NCBI GenBank assembly: GCA_965219955.1
Contig: OZ244799.1
Span: 640,001-704,000, forward strand
Direction of reading: 5' to 3'
Source of the DNA: a bacterium
GTDB lineage: Bacteria; UBA8248
Length of the DNA: 64,000 bases
A program made the position numbers and the translations under genes. Shown piece after piece: positions 18,992 to 29,802 of this stretch. Below the pieces are notes generated by a model. That model worked only from the letters and a program-made list of their open reading frames with translations. It did not search any database and was not told where the DNA came from. The stretch's first letter is position 1, and every line of letters starts with the position of its first letter.

Positions 18992-19249
18992 ATGGGCCAG
19001 ATGAATCTGAGAGTGAAAGACGAGCGGCTTGCACTGATCGACAGGGCCGCGGAGATCCGGGGCGTAACGCGCACCGAGTTCGTGCTCAGGGCGAGCGAGA
19101 CGGCGGCGATAGATGCGTTGAACGAGCGTCCCGTCATCACGCTCGACGATGAAGCGTACGATGCGTTTCTCGCAGCCCTCGATGCGCCTGCCGAACCCGA
19201 CGAGCGCTTGAGAGAGCGCTTCGCGCGCAGGCCGCTGTGGGAGAGATAA
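18992..19249 (+). CDS. DUF1778 RHH antitoxin (TacA/AtaR family)
   Basis: MNLRV..LIDRAA...TRTEFVL...LDDEAYDAFLAALDAP; directly upstream of a GNAT gene. Confidence 0.9.
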   Translation: MGQMNLRVKDERLALIDRAAEIRGVTRTEFVLRASETAAIDALNERPVITLDDEAYDAFLAALDAPAEPDERLRERFARRPLWER

Positions 19250-19740
19250 ACGGACCGGAGCCGCTCGGCGCGCATCACGACGTATCAGGGTTTGACTCCG
19301 GCGCGGAGAGTCTCGACGCCTGGCTGAAAAGCAAGAGCCGCTTGAACGAAGCGAAAGGCGGCGCGCGGACGTATGTCGTCTGCGAGGGCGAGCGTGTGAT
19401 TGCCTTTTACAGCCTCGCGGCCGGAGCGGTGGAAAGGCGCAGGGTTTCCTCGCGCGTCGGAAGAAGCATGCCCGAACCGATTCCGGTGATTCTCTTGGGA
19501 CAACTCGCGGTGGACCTCGGCTATCAGGGCAGGGGCCTGGGAGGCGATCTGATCGTAGACGCGAGCTGGAGAGCCCTGGCGGCGGCCGACCTCATCGGCG
19601 CGCGCGCCCTCATCGTCCAGGCGCTCGATGAGAGAGCCGGGAATTTCTACGAGCGCTTCGGCTTCCGACGATTCTCGGATCAGGAACCGCTGATGTTGCT
19701 CCTCAGGATATCGGACTTGAGAGCCGCGTTTGAAGGTTAG
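19237..19740 (+). CDS. GNAT acetyltransferase toxin (TacT/AtaT family)
   Basis: HDVSGFDSG..LDAWL, PIPVILLGQLAVD..YQGRGLG and FYERFGF motifs. Confidence 0.9.
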   Translation: MGEINGPEPLGAHHDVSGFDSGAESLDAWLKSKSRLNEAKGGARTYVVCEGERVIAFYSLAAGAVERRRVSSRVGRSMPEPIPVILLGQLAVDLGYQGRGLGGDLIVDASWRALAAADLIGARALIVQALDERAGNFYERFGFRRFSDQEPLMLLLRISDLRAAFEG

Positions 19741-19897
19741 GGGAGGCGTGGGGCAATCCAGGTGCTCAATCGGAGCGGCTCGTTCTCCTCGGAAACGCGG
19801 TCTTCGAAATCATTCCCCCTCAAGAGGGTAGAACTAACAGCCAGTCCGTCTTCGGGAAAAGTCCCCGCGGCGGCATCTGAGCGCGGCAGCGCTCCGC

Positions 19898-20263
19898 TCA
19901 GTCCTGCTCGAGGAGGACGGCCAGCTTTTCGAGCGTCTCGCCCACCACGCGCGGCGGAGCCTTGGACGCCGGACGCGCCTTTCGCGCACGCCAGTCGAGG
20001 CTCTTCACCTGGTCGGCGAGAACCACGCCCGTAACGGGGCCATCGGCGGGGAGCGCCACCTCGAAGGGATAGCCCTTGACTCTCGAGGTGATGGGGCAGA
20101 GCAGCGCCAGACTGCTTTTCTCGTTATAGCTTCGCGGGCTGACGACCAGCGCGGGGCGGCGGCCGGCCCCCTCGTGCCCGGCCTGGGGGGTGAAGGAAAG
20201 CCAGACGACCTCGCCTCTGCCCGGAACGTAGTCCGCGCCGGAAACCTCCCGCCTCGCTACCAC
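19898..20263 (-). CDS. mazF: MazF/PemK endoribonuclease toxin
   Basis: YVPGRGEVVWLSFTPQAGHE.AGRRPALVVSP..YN, CPITS..KGYPFEV and DQVKSLDW..R. Confidence 0.92.
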   Translation of the reverse strand: MVARREVSGADYVPGRGEVVWLSFTPQAGHEGAGRRPALVVSPRSYNEKSSLALLCPITSRVKGYPFEVALPADGPVTGVVLADQVKSLDWRARKARPASKAPPRVVGETLEKLAVLLEQD

Positions 20264-20496
20264 GCCTCTGCGCCCTGCGCCGGACCAGCGTCTTGCTCGG
20301 CGTGCAGGTTGTCCGCGTTTATTTCGGCGAGCATGTCTGCCAGTCGGTAGCCTCTCTTTCTCATCACCACCCGGTCGCCGCGCGCGTTCATCTCGATGGC
20401 CGAACCCTCGCGCACGCCCCATTGCTCGGCGATGGGCTTCGGGATGCGGACGGCCAGGCTGTCCCCCCATTTGGAGATATGCGATTTCGCGCCCAT
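20257..20496 (-). CDS. mazE: MazE/AbrB family antitoxin
   Basis: KWGDSLAVRIPK and C-terminal G.E.W; overlaps the mazF start. Confidence 0.9.
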   Translation of the reverse strand: MGAKSHISKWGDSLAVRIPKPIAEQWGVREGSAIEMNARGDRVVMRKRGYRLADMLAEINADNLHAEQDAGPAQGAEAW

Positions 20497-20673
20497 GCAG
20501 TTATCCTCCTCTTGAGAGATTATATCTATAATATATATCTGTATATTGCCCTTGTCGAGGAGGAACGGGATTTTGAAAGAAACAGGCCATGATGAGGCCT
20601 TGACAGGCGAATGTACGAACGCATACATCTGCGCCGGGATGGACCCATGCCACCGAAACTGGAGAGATTGTAA

Positions 20674-20847
20674 ATGAGCCGAATGAATTTACGAGGGAAA
20701 GACAAACTCTTAGTGCTGATCGACCGCCCCGTCATCGAGCTTGATGATGAGGCCTACGATGCGTTTATAGCAGCCCTCGATGCGCCCGCTGAACCGAACG
20801 GGCGCCTGAAAGAACGTCTCAATCGGAAGCCGTTGTGGGAGAGATAA
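20674..20847 (+). pseudogene. Internally deleted DUF1778 antitoxin copy (57 aa, open frame); the following toxin copy decays after about 10 codons
   Basis: Aligns to 18992-19249 with a precise 28-codon in-frame deletion; TTGACA at 20600. Confidence 0.75.
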
Positions 20848-20920
20848 TCGGGTCTGAGCCGCTCGTGATGATTTGTCAGGGGGTCTTGGTGGGAGTGTAT
20901 CGAACAGTAGGACTTTTACA

Positions 20921-21592
20921 ATGAATATTAATTTGCAAGATGAGAATTCAAGGGATCAGCTAGGCCGTGATCTTAGAAGACTAGCTGAAGCTGAGAAACA
21001 ACGCGGACATTCCGGGTTTTATGCCGTTCCAAAAGATGATCCGCAATTGGGTGAAAAACGTGGGCATTGGCGGGAAATTCAGGAATCCGGTTGTGTGCAG
21101 GATTTTGCTAAGTCACTATCTGCTGAATTTGGAATTGAGATATCAGAGATTGAATCCAACCCTAATGATCCTCCGGATTGTTTTGCCAAGCGGGCGGGTG
21201 AAAAGATAGGTATCGAAGTTACTGAATTGGTGAAATCAGAAATTTTAAGTCGTTTTGCTCAAGCTCGGATGGGGAGAATGCAATATCCACCTGGTGAACA
21301 ACTCTCGGATGAAGAGTGGACCCAGGAAGAGTTCACAAAAAAGGTCGGGGAGTTAATCGCTCAAAAAGATGCAAAAGCCCAAAAGAAAGACGTAATTTTT
21401 AATGTAGTACTAATATACACCGATGAAGGTGGTTTGACCCCGGAGTGCTTAGAGGATTGGTTGTCTAATGAGAAATTTTCGGCGACCAACATCAAAGAAG
21501 TGTTTCTGCTTCGTTCTTATTGGCCGGGCTACAAGGAGCACGCACCACTATTTAAGCTGAATATCGAACGTAGTGAGGATTCTGCGGAGTAG
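20921..21592 (+). CDS. Hypothetical protein, PD-(D/E)xK nuclease-like
   Basis: DPPDC...IGIEVTEL motif; low GC. Confidence 0.6.
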   Translation: MNINLQDENSRDQLGRDLRRLAEAEKQRGHSGFYAVPKDDPQLGEKRGHWREIQESGCVQDFAKSLSAEFGIEISEIESNPNDPPDCFAKRAGEKIGIEVTELVKSEILSRFAQARMGRMQYPPGEQLSDEEWTQEEFTKKVGELIAQKDAKAQKKDVIFNVVLIYTDEGGLTPECLEDWLSNEKFSATNIKEVFLLRSYWPGYKEHAPLFKLNIERSEDSAE

Positions 21593-22319
21593 TTTTTAAT
21601 GGTCTGATACCGAATGTTTGCGGCATCTCGTCCCACGTTCTGCCGTCAAGCACACGCCCCGTCTTCTTCTTGAACACGCCGCCCCATTGCTTGAAGAAAA
21701 AGGGCGTGCCGCTGTTCACACAGTTGTCGCGAATCTCCCTCACCCAGTCCGCCTCCATCGGCCTCGCGCCCGGCCCGGACTCCCCGCCGACGATCACCCA
21801 GTCGATGTCTGTAAAGTCTAAGTCCGGCAAGGGACCCAATAACGGTTCAAGAGAGAGAAACTTCGTCTGAGCATTGCATTCACTAAGCAAGACGAGGCGA
21901 TCCACCCAATCCTCGGATTCGATGCTGACGCCAAGCCATATGTTGGTCGTCCAGTTCAGTTTCTTGAGCGAATCGACGCGTTCTGGGCGCTTGGTTAGAA
22001 CCTGGAAAGTATGTTTGCTTGCCTTGTTCATCACATCGAAAACGGCCTCAATGAAGTCGTCTGGCACTTCTTCGTGGAAGAGGTCTGACATTGAATTGAC
22101 GAAAACGATTCTTGGTTCTTTCCATCGAAAGGGTTCATTGAGCGAATAGTCGTGCGTAACGACAGAAAACCCCTCCCGATACTTTTTCATGCCCATGGCT
22201 TGGAGCCGATTCGCCATTCTCTCGGCGTAACAGTGTTTACAGCCAGGGCTGATCTTCGTGCATCCCGTGACCGGGTTCCAAGTTGTTTCCGTCCATTCGA
22301 TATTGGAATTTTGGGCCAT
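21552..22319 (-). CDS. DUF5131 / phage Gp37-Gp68 family three-Cys radical-SAM-like protein
   Basis: [40 protein letters not shown] and FFKQWGG. Confidence 0.93.
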   Translation of the reverse strand: MAQNSNIEWTETTWNPVTGCTKISPGCKHCYAERMANRLQAMGMKKYREGFSVVTHDYSLNEPFRWKEPRIVFVNSMSDLFHEEVPDDFIEAVFDVMNKASKHTFQVLTKRPERVDSLKKLNWTTNIWLGVSIESEDWVDRLVLLSECNAQTKFLSLEPLLGPLPDLDFTDIDWVIVGGESGPGARPMEADWVREIRDNCVNSGTPFFFKQWGGVFKKKTGRVLDGRTWDEMPQTFGIRPLKTTPQNPHYVRYSA

Positions 22320-22321
22320 GA

Positions 22322-23182
22322 CTATATTTTCTTCAGCAGACGAGTTGCAATTTCTTTTGCTCTCAAAATGGCTTTCGCGCTTGGGCTGCCGACGCAAAAG
22401 ATAAACTCGTACAAAGGTACACCATTCGAATTTTTGAGAGTTTTAGATAGTTCGAGAAATCTTTCACCAAATAAACAATTTAGCTTTTCTTTGTACGCAG
22501 AAACCAATCCACCAGCCCCGGAATCTCTTTCCGGCTCTCCAAATAGATTCGGTTGTTTCGGTTCCTGATAAAGAGTTTCCCAGCTATTATCACCGAACAC
22601 CTTCGTAATGGGACGTCTCCATTCGGTGAATACTTCATCAGGCATTTTTAACTTCGGTAATTTTCGCAAAAGTGTGGCAGTCGGAAATAAAATCCAAGTA
22701 TCCAACATTTTAAGTTCAGCTATTTTTTCAATGGTTGCCCACTCTACTTGTGCGCCATACGGATCTAAAAAGAGAACGCCGCGCCAATTTGATCTAACTG
22801 GATGCGCACGTTGTAAAATCTGATTCGCGTCGGAGTTTATTACTTGAATCTCTCTATTTGGATGCGCTACACGCAAAGAGTCCAACTCTCGACATCGGTC
22901 AGCGTCTTTTTCGATAAAGAGCAATTTGTCGAATGGCCTATTGTCAATATCAATCGCTCGCTTTGTCGAGCCGCTTATAAAATCATAAGGAAGTGTAATT
23001 TTCCCCGTCCCAGCGAAAGCATCGATATACATAATTTTGAGCGTTGTCTGATTCCTGAAAACATTCGTATAGGCGTCGAGATATTTTTCCAGTATCTCAA
23101 GCTTTATTTCCGTCCATCTCCCCCCAAAATCATGAGGTTGTGGCACAGTGTTTTTATGGTTCCCTCCACTAATTTCTAACAT
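22322..23182 (-). CDS. tcmP: Three-Cys-motif partner protein TcmP (SAM-methyltransferase-like)
   Basis: [21 protein letters not shown] and FLDPYG; adjacent to DUF5131; start uncertain. Confidence 0.88.
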   Translation of the reverse strand: MLEISGGNHKNTVPQPHDFGGRWTEIKLEILEKYLDAYTNVFRNQTTLKIMYIDAFAGTGKITLPYDFISGSTKRAIDIDNRPFDKLLFIEKDADRCRELDSLRVAHPNREIQVINSDANQILQRAHPVRSNWRGVLFLDPYGAQVEWATIEKIAELKMLDTWILFPTATLLRKLPKLKMPDEVFTEWRRPITKVFGDNSWETLYQEPKQPNLFGEPERDSGAGGLVSAYKEKLNCLFGERFLELSKTLKNSNGVPLYEFIFCVGSPSAKAILRAKEIATRLLKKI

Positions 23183-23436
23183 GTTGTAAATCCTATAAGA
23201 TATGTGTAAAGAATAGCAATGCAAAAGTATGACCTATGATTCAATCCCCCTGCTTAGTCATGCAAAAAGTACTCGAAAATTACAGATTTTCAACATGCGA
23301 TTGTCAGTAAAACATAAATAATACGAAAGTAGATGTCGAACGTCAACGTATTTGGTTGGTTGCATATAAACTTCCTGGAAATCCCATTACCAAAAACGCG
23401 AGTCCACACTCTTGTAAGAAAAAATCTACTTCGCTC

Positions 23437-23560
23437 AACCCTCCCCCATTCGGCATGAGCGCGGAACCTCGGTCTAATGAGCGCGGTTTATCGCTTTTTG
23501 AGCGCCTAATCTGAAGGAGGAAACATGGCGGCGTATGACGTGGCGGTTGTTGGCGGTGGC
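23437..23560 (+). repeat. Diverged direct repeat of the lpdA upstream region and first 12 codons (other copy about 24597-24722)
   Basis: GGCATGAGCGCGGAACC...GAAGGAGGAA.CATGGCGGCGTATGACGTGGCGGTT in both; this copy stops after MAAYDVAVVGGGSST. Confidence 0.85.
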
Positions 23561-23671
23561 TCTTCGACTTAGACAGGATCAAAGCGAGGTGGAGGAATTG
23601 CCATATCGAGGAGCGCCGTCGCCTCCTCACATCAGACAAAGCCGTATGGCAAGCGCTCGTCAATGAACGCA

Positions 23672-24109
23672 TCAAATGCTGAGAATGAATTCGTCCTTGT
23701 ACATGGTAAAGTGAACTTCCGAAAGAAAATCCATGCCAAGCAATACGTCAAAATTTTCAGGCTGGAACGGAAGCAGGGAAACTTCGATTTCCTTGCCTCG
23801 CAGATTGAGCCATGGGCCGGCTCCTCCCCCCGGTGTCTCCAGTTGATCTCCAATCGGGATATCGACCCTGACCCTGTATTTTTCAGTTTGGATTGGGTCC
23901 CCGCTGACGGGGATGATATCGGTAAAACCGATGCTGGACAGTTTCCCTTCGTCGACCACCTTCTGAGATATCATGGTGCCTTGCGCTCCCGTATCCAGTA
24001 TTGCCGGATAACTTTTGGGCTCTGTCCGCACCGACGGCGGGCTCCCGATCGAGATGGCGACGAACAGGCGGATTTCCCTGTTCTCCACTCGCCCTCGAAA
24101 CGTAGGCAT
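23672..24109 (-). CDS. Retropepsin-like (clan AA) aspartyl protease
   Basis: AILDTGA and VLLGMDFL motifs. Confidence 0.85.
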   Translation of the reverse strand: MPTFRGRVENREIRLFVAISIGSPPSVRTEPKSYPAILDTGAQGTMISQKVVDEGKLSSIGFTDIIPVSGDPIQTEKYRVRVDIPIGDQLETPGGGAGPWLNLRGKEIEVSLLPFQPENFDVLLGMDFLSEVHFTMYKDEFILSI

Positions 24110-24126
24110 TCAGGGTTTTGTCGACT

Positions 24127-24369
24127 TCAGGATTTGGGTAGGCACATGGTGAAAACGCCAAGGGATATCGGCGGTTCACCAATATTTTCGATTGAAAAAT
24201 TGCCGAGACCGAATTTCTCACAACCTATCGCATATGCGTCACCGCTATCGTTATAAATTTCAACAATTTCCCCGTCATGGAGCAATGCCGCCCGTCCGAA
24301 GTGTTCGGCCTCCATTTCTTCCTTTATGGCGATGTAGGCAGCCCGGTTCTTGTGAAGCTGTGAGTTCAT
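24127..24369 (-). CDS. Small DUF5678-like protein
   Basis: EHFGRAALLHDGEIVEIY...DAY..G.EKFG; upstream of the retropepsin gene. Confidence 0.65.
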   Translation of the reverse strand: MNSQLHKNRAAYIAIKEEMEAEHFGRAALLHDGEIVEIYNDSGDAYAIGCEKFGLGNFSIENIGEPPISLGVFTMCLPKS

Positions 24370-24686
24370 CTTCCTGCCCTCCCGCAAGCAGGCGAATATC
24401 AACTGCCAAGGGATTGAAAATCATGGCACATATTGAGCCGGATGTTAAGTCTGTAAATATGGATGACTGCCCCGGTCGCCAGGGACAAGCGCCGATGCCC
24501 GCCGGAATTATCCGCATCGCCAAAATGTAAAGCCTCCACCAATACACGACCACTCCCACCAGCCTCCGCGCGAAGCAAACCCCGCGTAAACGTCCCAACC
24601 CCTCCCCCCATTTGGCATGAGCGCGGAACCTTGGTCTAATGGGCGCGGTTTTTGGTTCTTGGAACGCCTTACCCGAAGGAGGAAGC

Positions 24687-26093
24687 ATGGCGGCGTATGA
24701 CGTGGCGGTTATCGGCGGGGGGCCTGCGGGCTACGTGGCGGGTGTGCGCGTGGCCCAGAGCGGGGGAAGCTGCGTGGTCATCGAGCGCGACGAACTGGGC
24801 GGCACCTGCCTGAATTGGGGCTGCATCCCCAGCAAGAGCCTCATCGCCGCTGCGGAAGTCTACCGCAACATCAAGAACGCGGACGCCTACGGCATCGAGG
24901 TCACGGGCGAGGTGCGCGCGGACCTGGCCGCCATGGTCGAGCGCAAGGACAAGATAGTCGCAGGCCTGGTAAAGGGAATCGGCGGGCTGTTCAAGGCCCA
25001 CGGGGTGGACCACATGGCGGGCGACGCCGAGATTCTCGAGATGGGCAAGATTTCCGTGCTCGGAAAAGACGGCGAGTACGAGGTGGTCGAGGCGGGCAAA
25101 ATCATCATCGCCACGGGTTCGCGGCCCGCGCAGATTCCCGCCTTTCCCATCGACGGCGAAAAAATCATCTCATCCGAGCAGGCCGTGCACCTGAAGAATC
25201 TGCCCGAGCGGGTGCTCATCGTGGGCGCGGGCGTCATCGGCTGTGAGTTCGCGTGTCTCTATAGAGAGCTGGGGGCGGAGGTCACGATGGTGGAACTGCT
25301 GGGCCGCGTCCTGCCGCTGGGGGATGAGGACGTCTCGAAACTCATGGCGCGCGAGTTGAGAAAGCAGAAGATCAAGGTGCGCCTGAATGAGAAGATAACG
25401 GGCGTCTCGCACAAGCGAGGGGAGTTGGTCGCCGGCTTCGAGGGTTCGGATGATGAGGAGCGCGCGGATCTGGTGCTCGTCTCCGTGGGCCGGACGATGA
25501 ACACCGACGGCCTGGGTCTCGAGCGAATCGGCGTCGAGCTCGGTCCGCGCGGCGAGATCAAGGTGAACGATTTGATGGAGACGAACGCCCCCGGCGTCTA
25601 TGCGGCGGGCGACGTGGTGGGCGAGCCCATGCTCGCGCACGTGGCATCGGCCGAGGGGGTCGCCGCTGCGGAAAACGCCATGGGCGCAGAGATACGGATG
25701 GATTACCGCGCGATTCCGGCGGGCATCTTCACCCATCCCGAGATCGGCGTCGTCGGCATGGCCGAGCACGAGGCGGAGGAGGCGGGGCACGCGGTGCGCG
25801 TGGGCAAATTCTCCGTTCGCGCCTTGGGCAAGGCGCAGGCCGAGCGCGCGCTGGAGGGGGAGGTGAAGGTGATCGCCGACGCGGGGGATGACGCCATTCT
25901 GGGCGTTCACATCGTGGGCGCCCACGCCGCGGACATCGTGCACGAGGCCGCCGTCGCCATGCAGCACCGCGTCACCGCCTCGGACCTGGCCGGCACCATG
26001 CACGCCCACCCCACGATCTCGGAAGCCGTCATGGAGGCGGCCTTCGACGTCCACGGCGAGGCCATCCACGCGCCACCCAAGAAACGTTCGTAG
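24687..26093 (+). CDS. lpdA: Dihydrolipoamide dehydrogenase
   Basis: GGGPAG, GGTCLNWGCIPSK and HAHPTISE motifs. Confidence 0.96.
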   Translation: MAAYDVAVIGGGPAGYVAGVRVAQSGGSCVVIERDELGGTCLNWGCIPSKSLIAAAEVYRNIKNADAYGIEVTGEVRADLAAMVERKDKIVAGLVKGIGGLFKAHGVDHMAGDAEILEMGKISVLGKDGEYEVVEAGKIIIATGSRPAQIPAFPIDGEKIISSEQAVHLKNLPERVLIVGAGVIGCEFACLYRELGAEVTMVELLGRVLPLGDEDVSKLMARELRKQKIKVRLNEKITGVSHKRGELVAGFEGSDDEERADLVLVSVGRTMNTDGLGLERIGVELGPRGEIKVNDLMETNAPGVYAAGDVVGEPMLAHVASAEGVAAAENAMGAEIRMDYRAIPAGIFTHPEIGVVGMAEHEAEEAGHAVRVGKFSVRALGKAQAERALEGEVKVIADAGDDAILGVHIVGAHAADIVHEAAVAMQHRVTASDLAGTMHAHPTISEAVMEAAFDVHGEAIHAPPKKRS

Positions 26094-26870
26094 GGGGTTG
26101 TTGGAAAAGTTCTTGCTATTCAGTTGGGATTCCACCGTAGGGGCCGCATACATGCGGCCCTCCCCGTCCGGCCTGCGGGTCGCATGTATGCGACCCCTAC
26201 ACCCAGAACACGGAATGATGAAACACTGCTGTGGATTCACCCGCATCCGCAAATGGATTCCGGACAATCCCTCCCTCCTCGGTCGGCATTGATTGCCGGA
26301 ATGACGAACGAAAAACAGCAAGGAGCGGCAACGGAGACCGGCCCGGCGCGGCTGCCGAATTCGCTCTCGAACAGCATTGCCATCCGACGAGATAAAAGGG
26401 CGAGTTAAGAGAGAAACACTCCGCCTTGAGGGTTGTTGATAAAGCCTTTCTCGCTCGGAATGACGAACTAAACCGCACCGCCTCTTTCTTCACCCTGAGT
26501 AGCCGCCGTAGGCGGCGTATCGAAGGGCGAAATTCGTGTCCGCTGCAGAAATGCGCCCCCCATCCTTCGATACGGCGCTTGCGCGCCTACTCAGGATGAG
26601 GTTTTGTGGCCGCCTGCGCGGTAGGGTAGGAAGGAGGACCGCCGTAGGGGCGGCCCTCCGTGGCCGCCCGTATTGAATATGTCAATTGCCGTGGTTGCGC
26701 TTCGTAGGACAGGCACGGAGGCCTGTCCCTACAAACCTTCTGTCGGAAGGATTCCCATACCGGCTTTTTCAACAGCCCTGACAAGGGGGGGTAGGGGGGG
26801 TTGGTTTTCAAGGCGAGAGGGCATCCTTCGATACGCGGCTTCGCCGCTACTCAGGATGAGGCGGAGAGGA
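26094..26870. repeat. Mosaic REP/MITE cluster
   Basis: GTAGGGGC..GCCC pairs (26137-26200, 26644-26732); CCTGAGTAG..TCGAAGG pairs (26490-26601, 26821-26861); TTTTTCAACAGCC end. Confidence 0.85.
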
Positions 26871-26928
26871 ATTCTTCCAACATCCCACCAAAGAGGCCGT
26901 CGAAACGGCCTTGCGGGCCTCGGGCCGG

Positions 26929-27915
26929 CTAATACGGCACGTCGATGAGCATCCCCTCACCCGAGCGCATGTCCTCTTCCAGAAGCTCGCGCATCGCCTT
27001 GGTCACCGGGCCGGGCTTTCCGTCCCCGATGACCTGATCGTCCCACTGCACGACGGGGGCGACGTATATCGAGCTTCCGATGAGCATCATCTCGGCGGAC
27101 GCCTTGGCCTCGGCGACGGGGATGTCGTCCACCACCACGTCGGCGATGACGCCTTGATCCACGAGGCGGCTCGCGAGTTCCAGGAGCCGCTTCACGGTGC
27201 AGCCGGAGAGGATGTTCTCGAATTTCGGGTGCCGCAGCACGCGATCGTTCGTCACGAAGGCGCAGTTCATGTTCGAGCCCTCGCCCACGTTCCCCGCCTC
27301 GTCCACGAAGATGCCGTTGTCGAGGCCTTGTTCCTTCGCCTCCATCTGCATGAGGGTGTTGGGCAGGTAGTTCGTGCTTTTTGTGACCGCGTAGAGCGGC
27401 GGCTTGATGGGGTAGGTTGTCGTCATCACGCGCATCCCCTCGGCGTAGTAGCGCTCGGGGTAGTCGAGGCCGCCGAAGATCATCACGAAAAAGGCGGGCT
27501 TGGCGTCGCCTGCGGGGATGAGCCCCAGGTTGCCGGTTCCGGAAGAAGCCCAGTAGCGAATCGATCCCTCGCGGCGGCCCGAGAGCGCGCTCGTGCGGAT
27601 GACGATCTCGCGCATCTCCTCGCGGCTCGGCAGTTCGAGCTTCGACGCCTCCGCCGAGCGGATGAAGCGGTCCAGGTGGTTTTCGAGATCATATATCTTC
27701 CCCTCGATGATGGCCGCGGTGTCGAAGATGCCGTGGCCCCGGTGGACCATGTGGTCGTCGAAGGGAATGACCATGAGGGCGGGGTCCGTCACCACGCCGC
27801 CCAGGTGGCTCGAATAAAACGCCGAATAATCGACCTCCTGCGCCGCGCGCAGGTTCTTGAGGCTATCGAGTATGTCCTCTCTCGTGAGGACGCCTATGCT
27901 TTCCGTCATGGTCAT
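26929..27915 (-). CDS. Class IV PLP aminotransferase (D-amino-acid transaminase/ADC lyase-like)
   Basis: DDHMVHRGHGIFD, HLDRF, KSTNYLPN, EGSNMN and LSGCT motifs. Confidence 0.9.
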   Translation of the reverse strand: MTMTESIGVLTREDILDSLKNLRAAQEVDYSAFYSSHLGGVVTDPALMVIPFDDHMVHRGHGIFDTAAIIEGKIYDLENHLDRFIRSAEASKLELPSREEMREIVIRTSALSGRREGSIRYWASSGTGNLGLIPAGDAKPAFFVMIFGGLDYPERYYAEGMRVMTTTYPIKPPLYAVTKSTNYLPNTLMQMEAKEQGLDNGIFVDEAGNVGEGSNMNCAFVTNDRVLRHPKFENILSGCTVKRLLELASRLVDQGVIADVVVDDIPVAEAKASAEMMLIGSSIYVAPVVQWDDQVIGDGKPGPVTKAMRELLEEDMRSGEGMLIDVPY

Positions 27916-28086
27916 CTCCTTATGCCTTACAGCATCACCCCGAAATTTCAGGGGATCATCCCGGTGGGTGGATCCGTATTTTTCGATTTCATCCGCATGA
28001 TGCCGCTTAGGTGATTTTCGGGCAAGGCCCTGCTACATTATCGCCCGGATGATTTGATTTTACGGAATGAACCGGAGGCATGCTTG

Positions 28087-29229
28087 ATGCAGGATGGTGC
28101 TTTCTTGAATGACGAGCAGAAAATGGTGCGCCAGATGACGCGCGATTTCTGCGAACGCGAGATCGCCCCCCGGGCGGCGGAGATAGATGAGGGCCGCTTC
28201 CCGGCGGAGGTCGTCAAGAGCATGGGCGAGCTTGGCCTCATGGGTCTCACCGTGCCGGATTCCTACGGCGGAGGGGGTGCGGACCCGGTCTCGATGGCGC
28301 TGGCGACCGAAGAAGTCGCCGCCGCGTGTCCTTCGACGAGCGCGATTTTCGCCGCGCACAACTCCCTGGTCTGCGAACCCGTGCATCGCTTCGGCAGCGA
28401 GGGGCAAAAAGAAAAATACTTGAAGGGCCTGGCGAGCGGCTCGTGCATCGGCGCCTTCGCGCTGACGGAGCCGGGCGCGGGCTCGGACGCCGCCTCGCTC
28501 ACCACGAGCGCGGTGCGCGAGGGGGACGCCTACCGCATCAACGGCGTCAAGCGCTTCATCACCAGCGGCAAGCAGTCGGGCCTGTGCCTTCTCTTCGCCG
28601 TGACGAATCGCGCCATGCGCCACAAGGGGCTGAGCGCCTTCCTGGTGCCGCGCGACGCCGAGGGCTTCGAGGTCGTGCGCAGCGAGGACAAGATGGGGAT
28701 GCACGGCTGTTCGATATCGGAGCTTCGCTTCGACGCCGTGGAACTGCCCGAGGCGAACCGCATGGGGGAGGAGGGGCAAGGCTTCGAACTCGCGATGCGG
28801 ATCCTGGATTCGGGGCGCATCATCGTCGCGGCCCAGGGGCTCGGCTTCGCGCGGGCGTGCCTCGACGCCTCGGTGGCCTATGCGCGCGAGCGCGAGACGT
28901 TCGGCGTCCCGATAAAGGATCACCAGCCCGTGGCGTGGAAGCTCGCCGACATGGCCGTTCGCGTCCACGGCGCGCGGCTGTTGACTCTCAAGGCGGCGCG
29001 GCTCAAGGCGGCGGGCGCGCCCTATTCGGCCGAATCCGCAATCGCCAAGGTCTTCGCCACCGACGCCGCCCAGCGAAACGCCGAAGAGGGCGTCCAGCTA
29101 CACGGGGGCAACGGCTACATGCGCGAGTATCCCGTGGAGCGCTTCTACCGGGCTTCGAAGGTGACGCAGATCTACGAGGGGACGAACGAGATCCTCCGCC
29201 AGGTCATCGCCAAGCACCTGCTCAACTGA
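28087..29229 (+). CDS. Acyl-CoA dehydrogenase
   Basis: FALTEPGAGSDA, QLHGGNGY and IYEGTNEI motifs. Confidence 0.95.
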   Translation: MQDGAFLNDEQKMVRQMTRDFCEREIAPRAAEIDEGRFPAEVVKSMGELGLMGLTVPDSYGGGGADPVSMALATEEVAAACPSTSAIFAAHNSLVCEPVHRFGSEGQKEKYLKGLASGSCIGAFALTEPGAGSDAASLTTSAVREGDAYRINGVKRFITSGKQSGLCLLFAVTNRAMRHKGLSAFLVPRDAEGFEVVRSEDKMGMHGCSISELRFDAVELPEANRMGEEGQGFELAMRILDSGRIIVAAQGLGFARACLDASVAYARERETFGVPIKDHQPVAWKLADMAVRVHGARLLTLKAARLKAAGAPYSAESAIAKVFATDAAQRNAEEGVQLHGGNGYMREYPVERFYRASKVTQIYEGTNEILRQVIAKHLLN

Positions 29230-29309
29230 TACGAGAGCCGCCCTTGCTTGGGGTTATTCATAAAGCCTTATGAACGAAGGCTTGACGCGCCCGATGAATG
29301 AGCAAGAAT

Positions 29310-29552
29310 TACTCCTCCCTTGAGGGGGCTGTTGAAAAAGCCGAGCGTTTTGTGCGAAGGCTGACTCGGTGGGGGTAAAATGCGTTTTATCGCCATTCCG
29401 GATTATACCCCCCACCGAATCGCTTTCGGGCTTGCGCCCTCAGCTCTTCGACTCCCCCTCAAGGGGGGAGTGATTTTTCTCTCTCGTCGGTCGGTTACAT
29501 ACGACAAATCCAGAGTTCCAGGGTTTTTCAACAGCCCCCTCCAGGGGGGAGT
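29310..29552. repeat. MITE-like unit with GGCTGTTGAAAAA...TTTTTCAACAGCC ends inside ACTCCCCCTCAAGGGGGGAGT-type REPs
   Basis: Inverted ends at about 29326 and 29523-29536; internal palindrome. Confidence 0.75.
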
Positions 29553-29802
29553 GATTGGTTGGCGCTCTGCAAGGGAGGAGTAAGGTTTCATCCCTCTATG
29601 GTCGGCTCCATATGTGGAATCACGAGATCGGGGCTCTATGAACAGCTCCTGCGTATGCTGAGCGCAATCCATGGAAATAGTCGCTTTGTCGCTCACGTAT
29701 TAACAACAAAGTTATTTGCCGCTCACTTTTGGGCGAAAGTGATTGACAAAATCCTTTGCCGTGCATTTATTGACAACAAACGCATCTCCGCCCCCGATTG
29801 AG

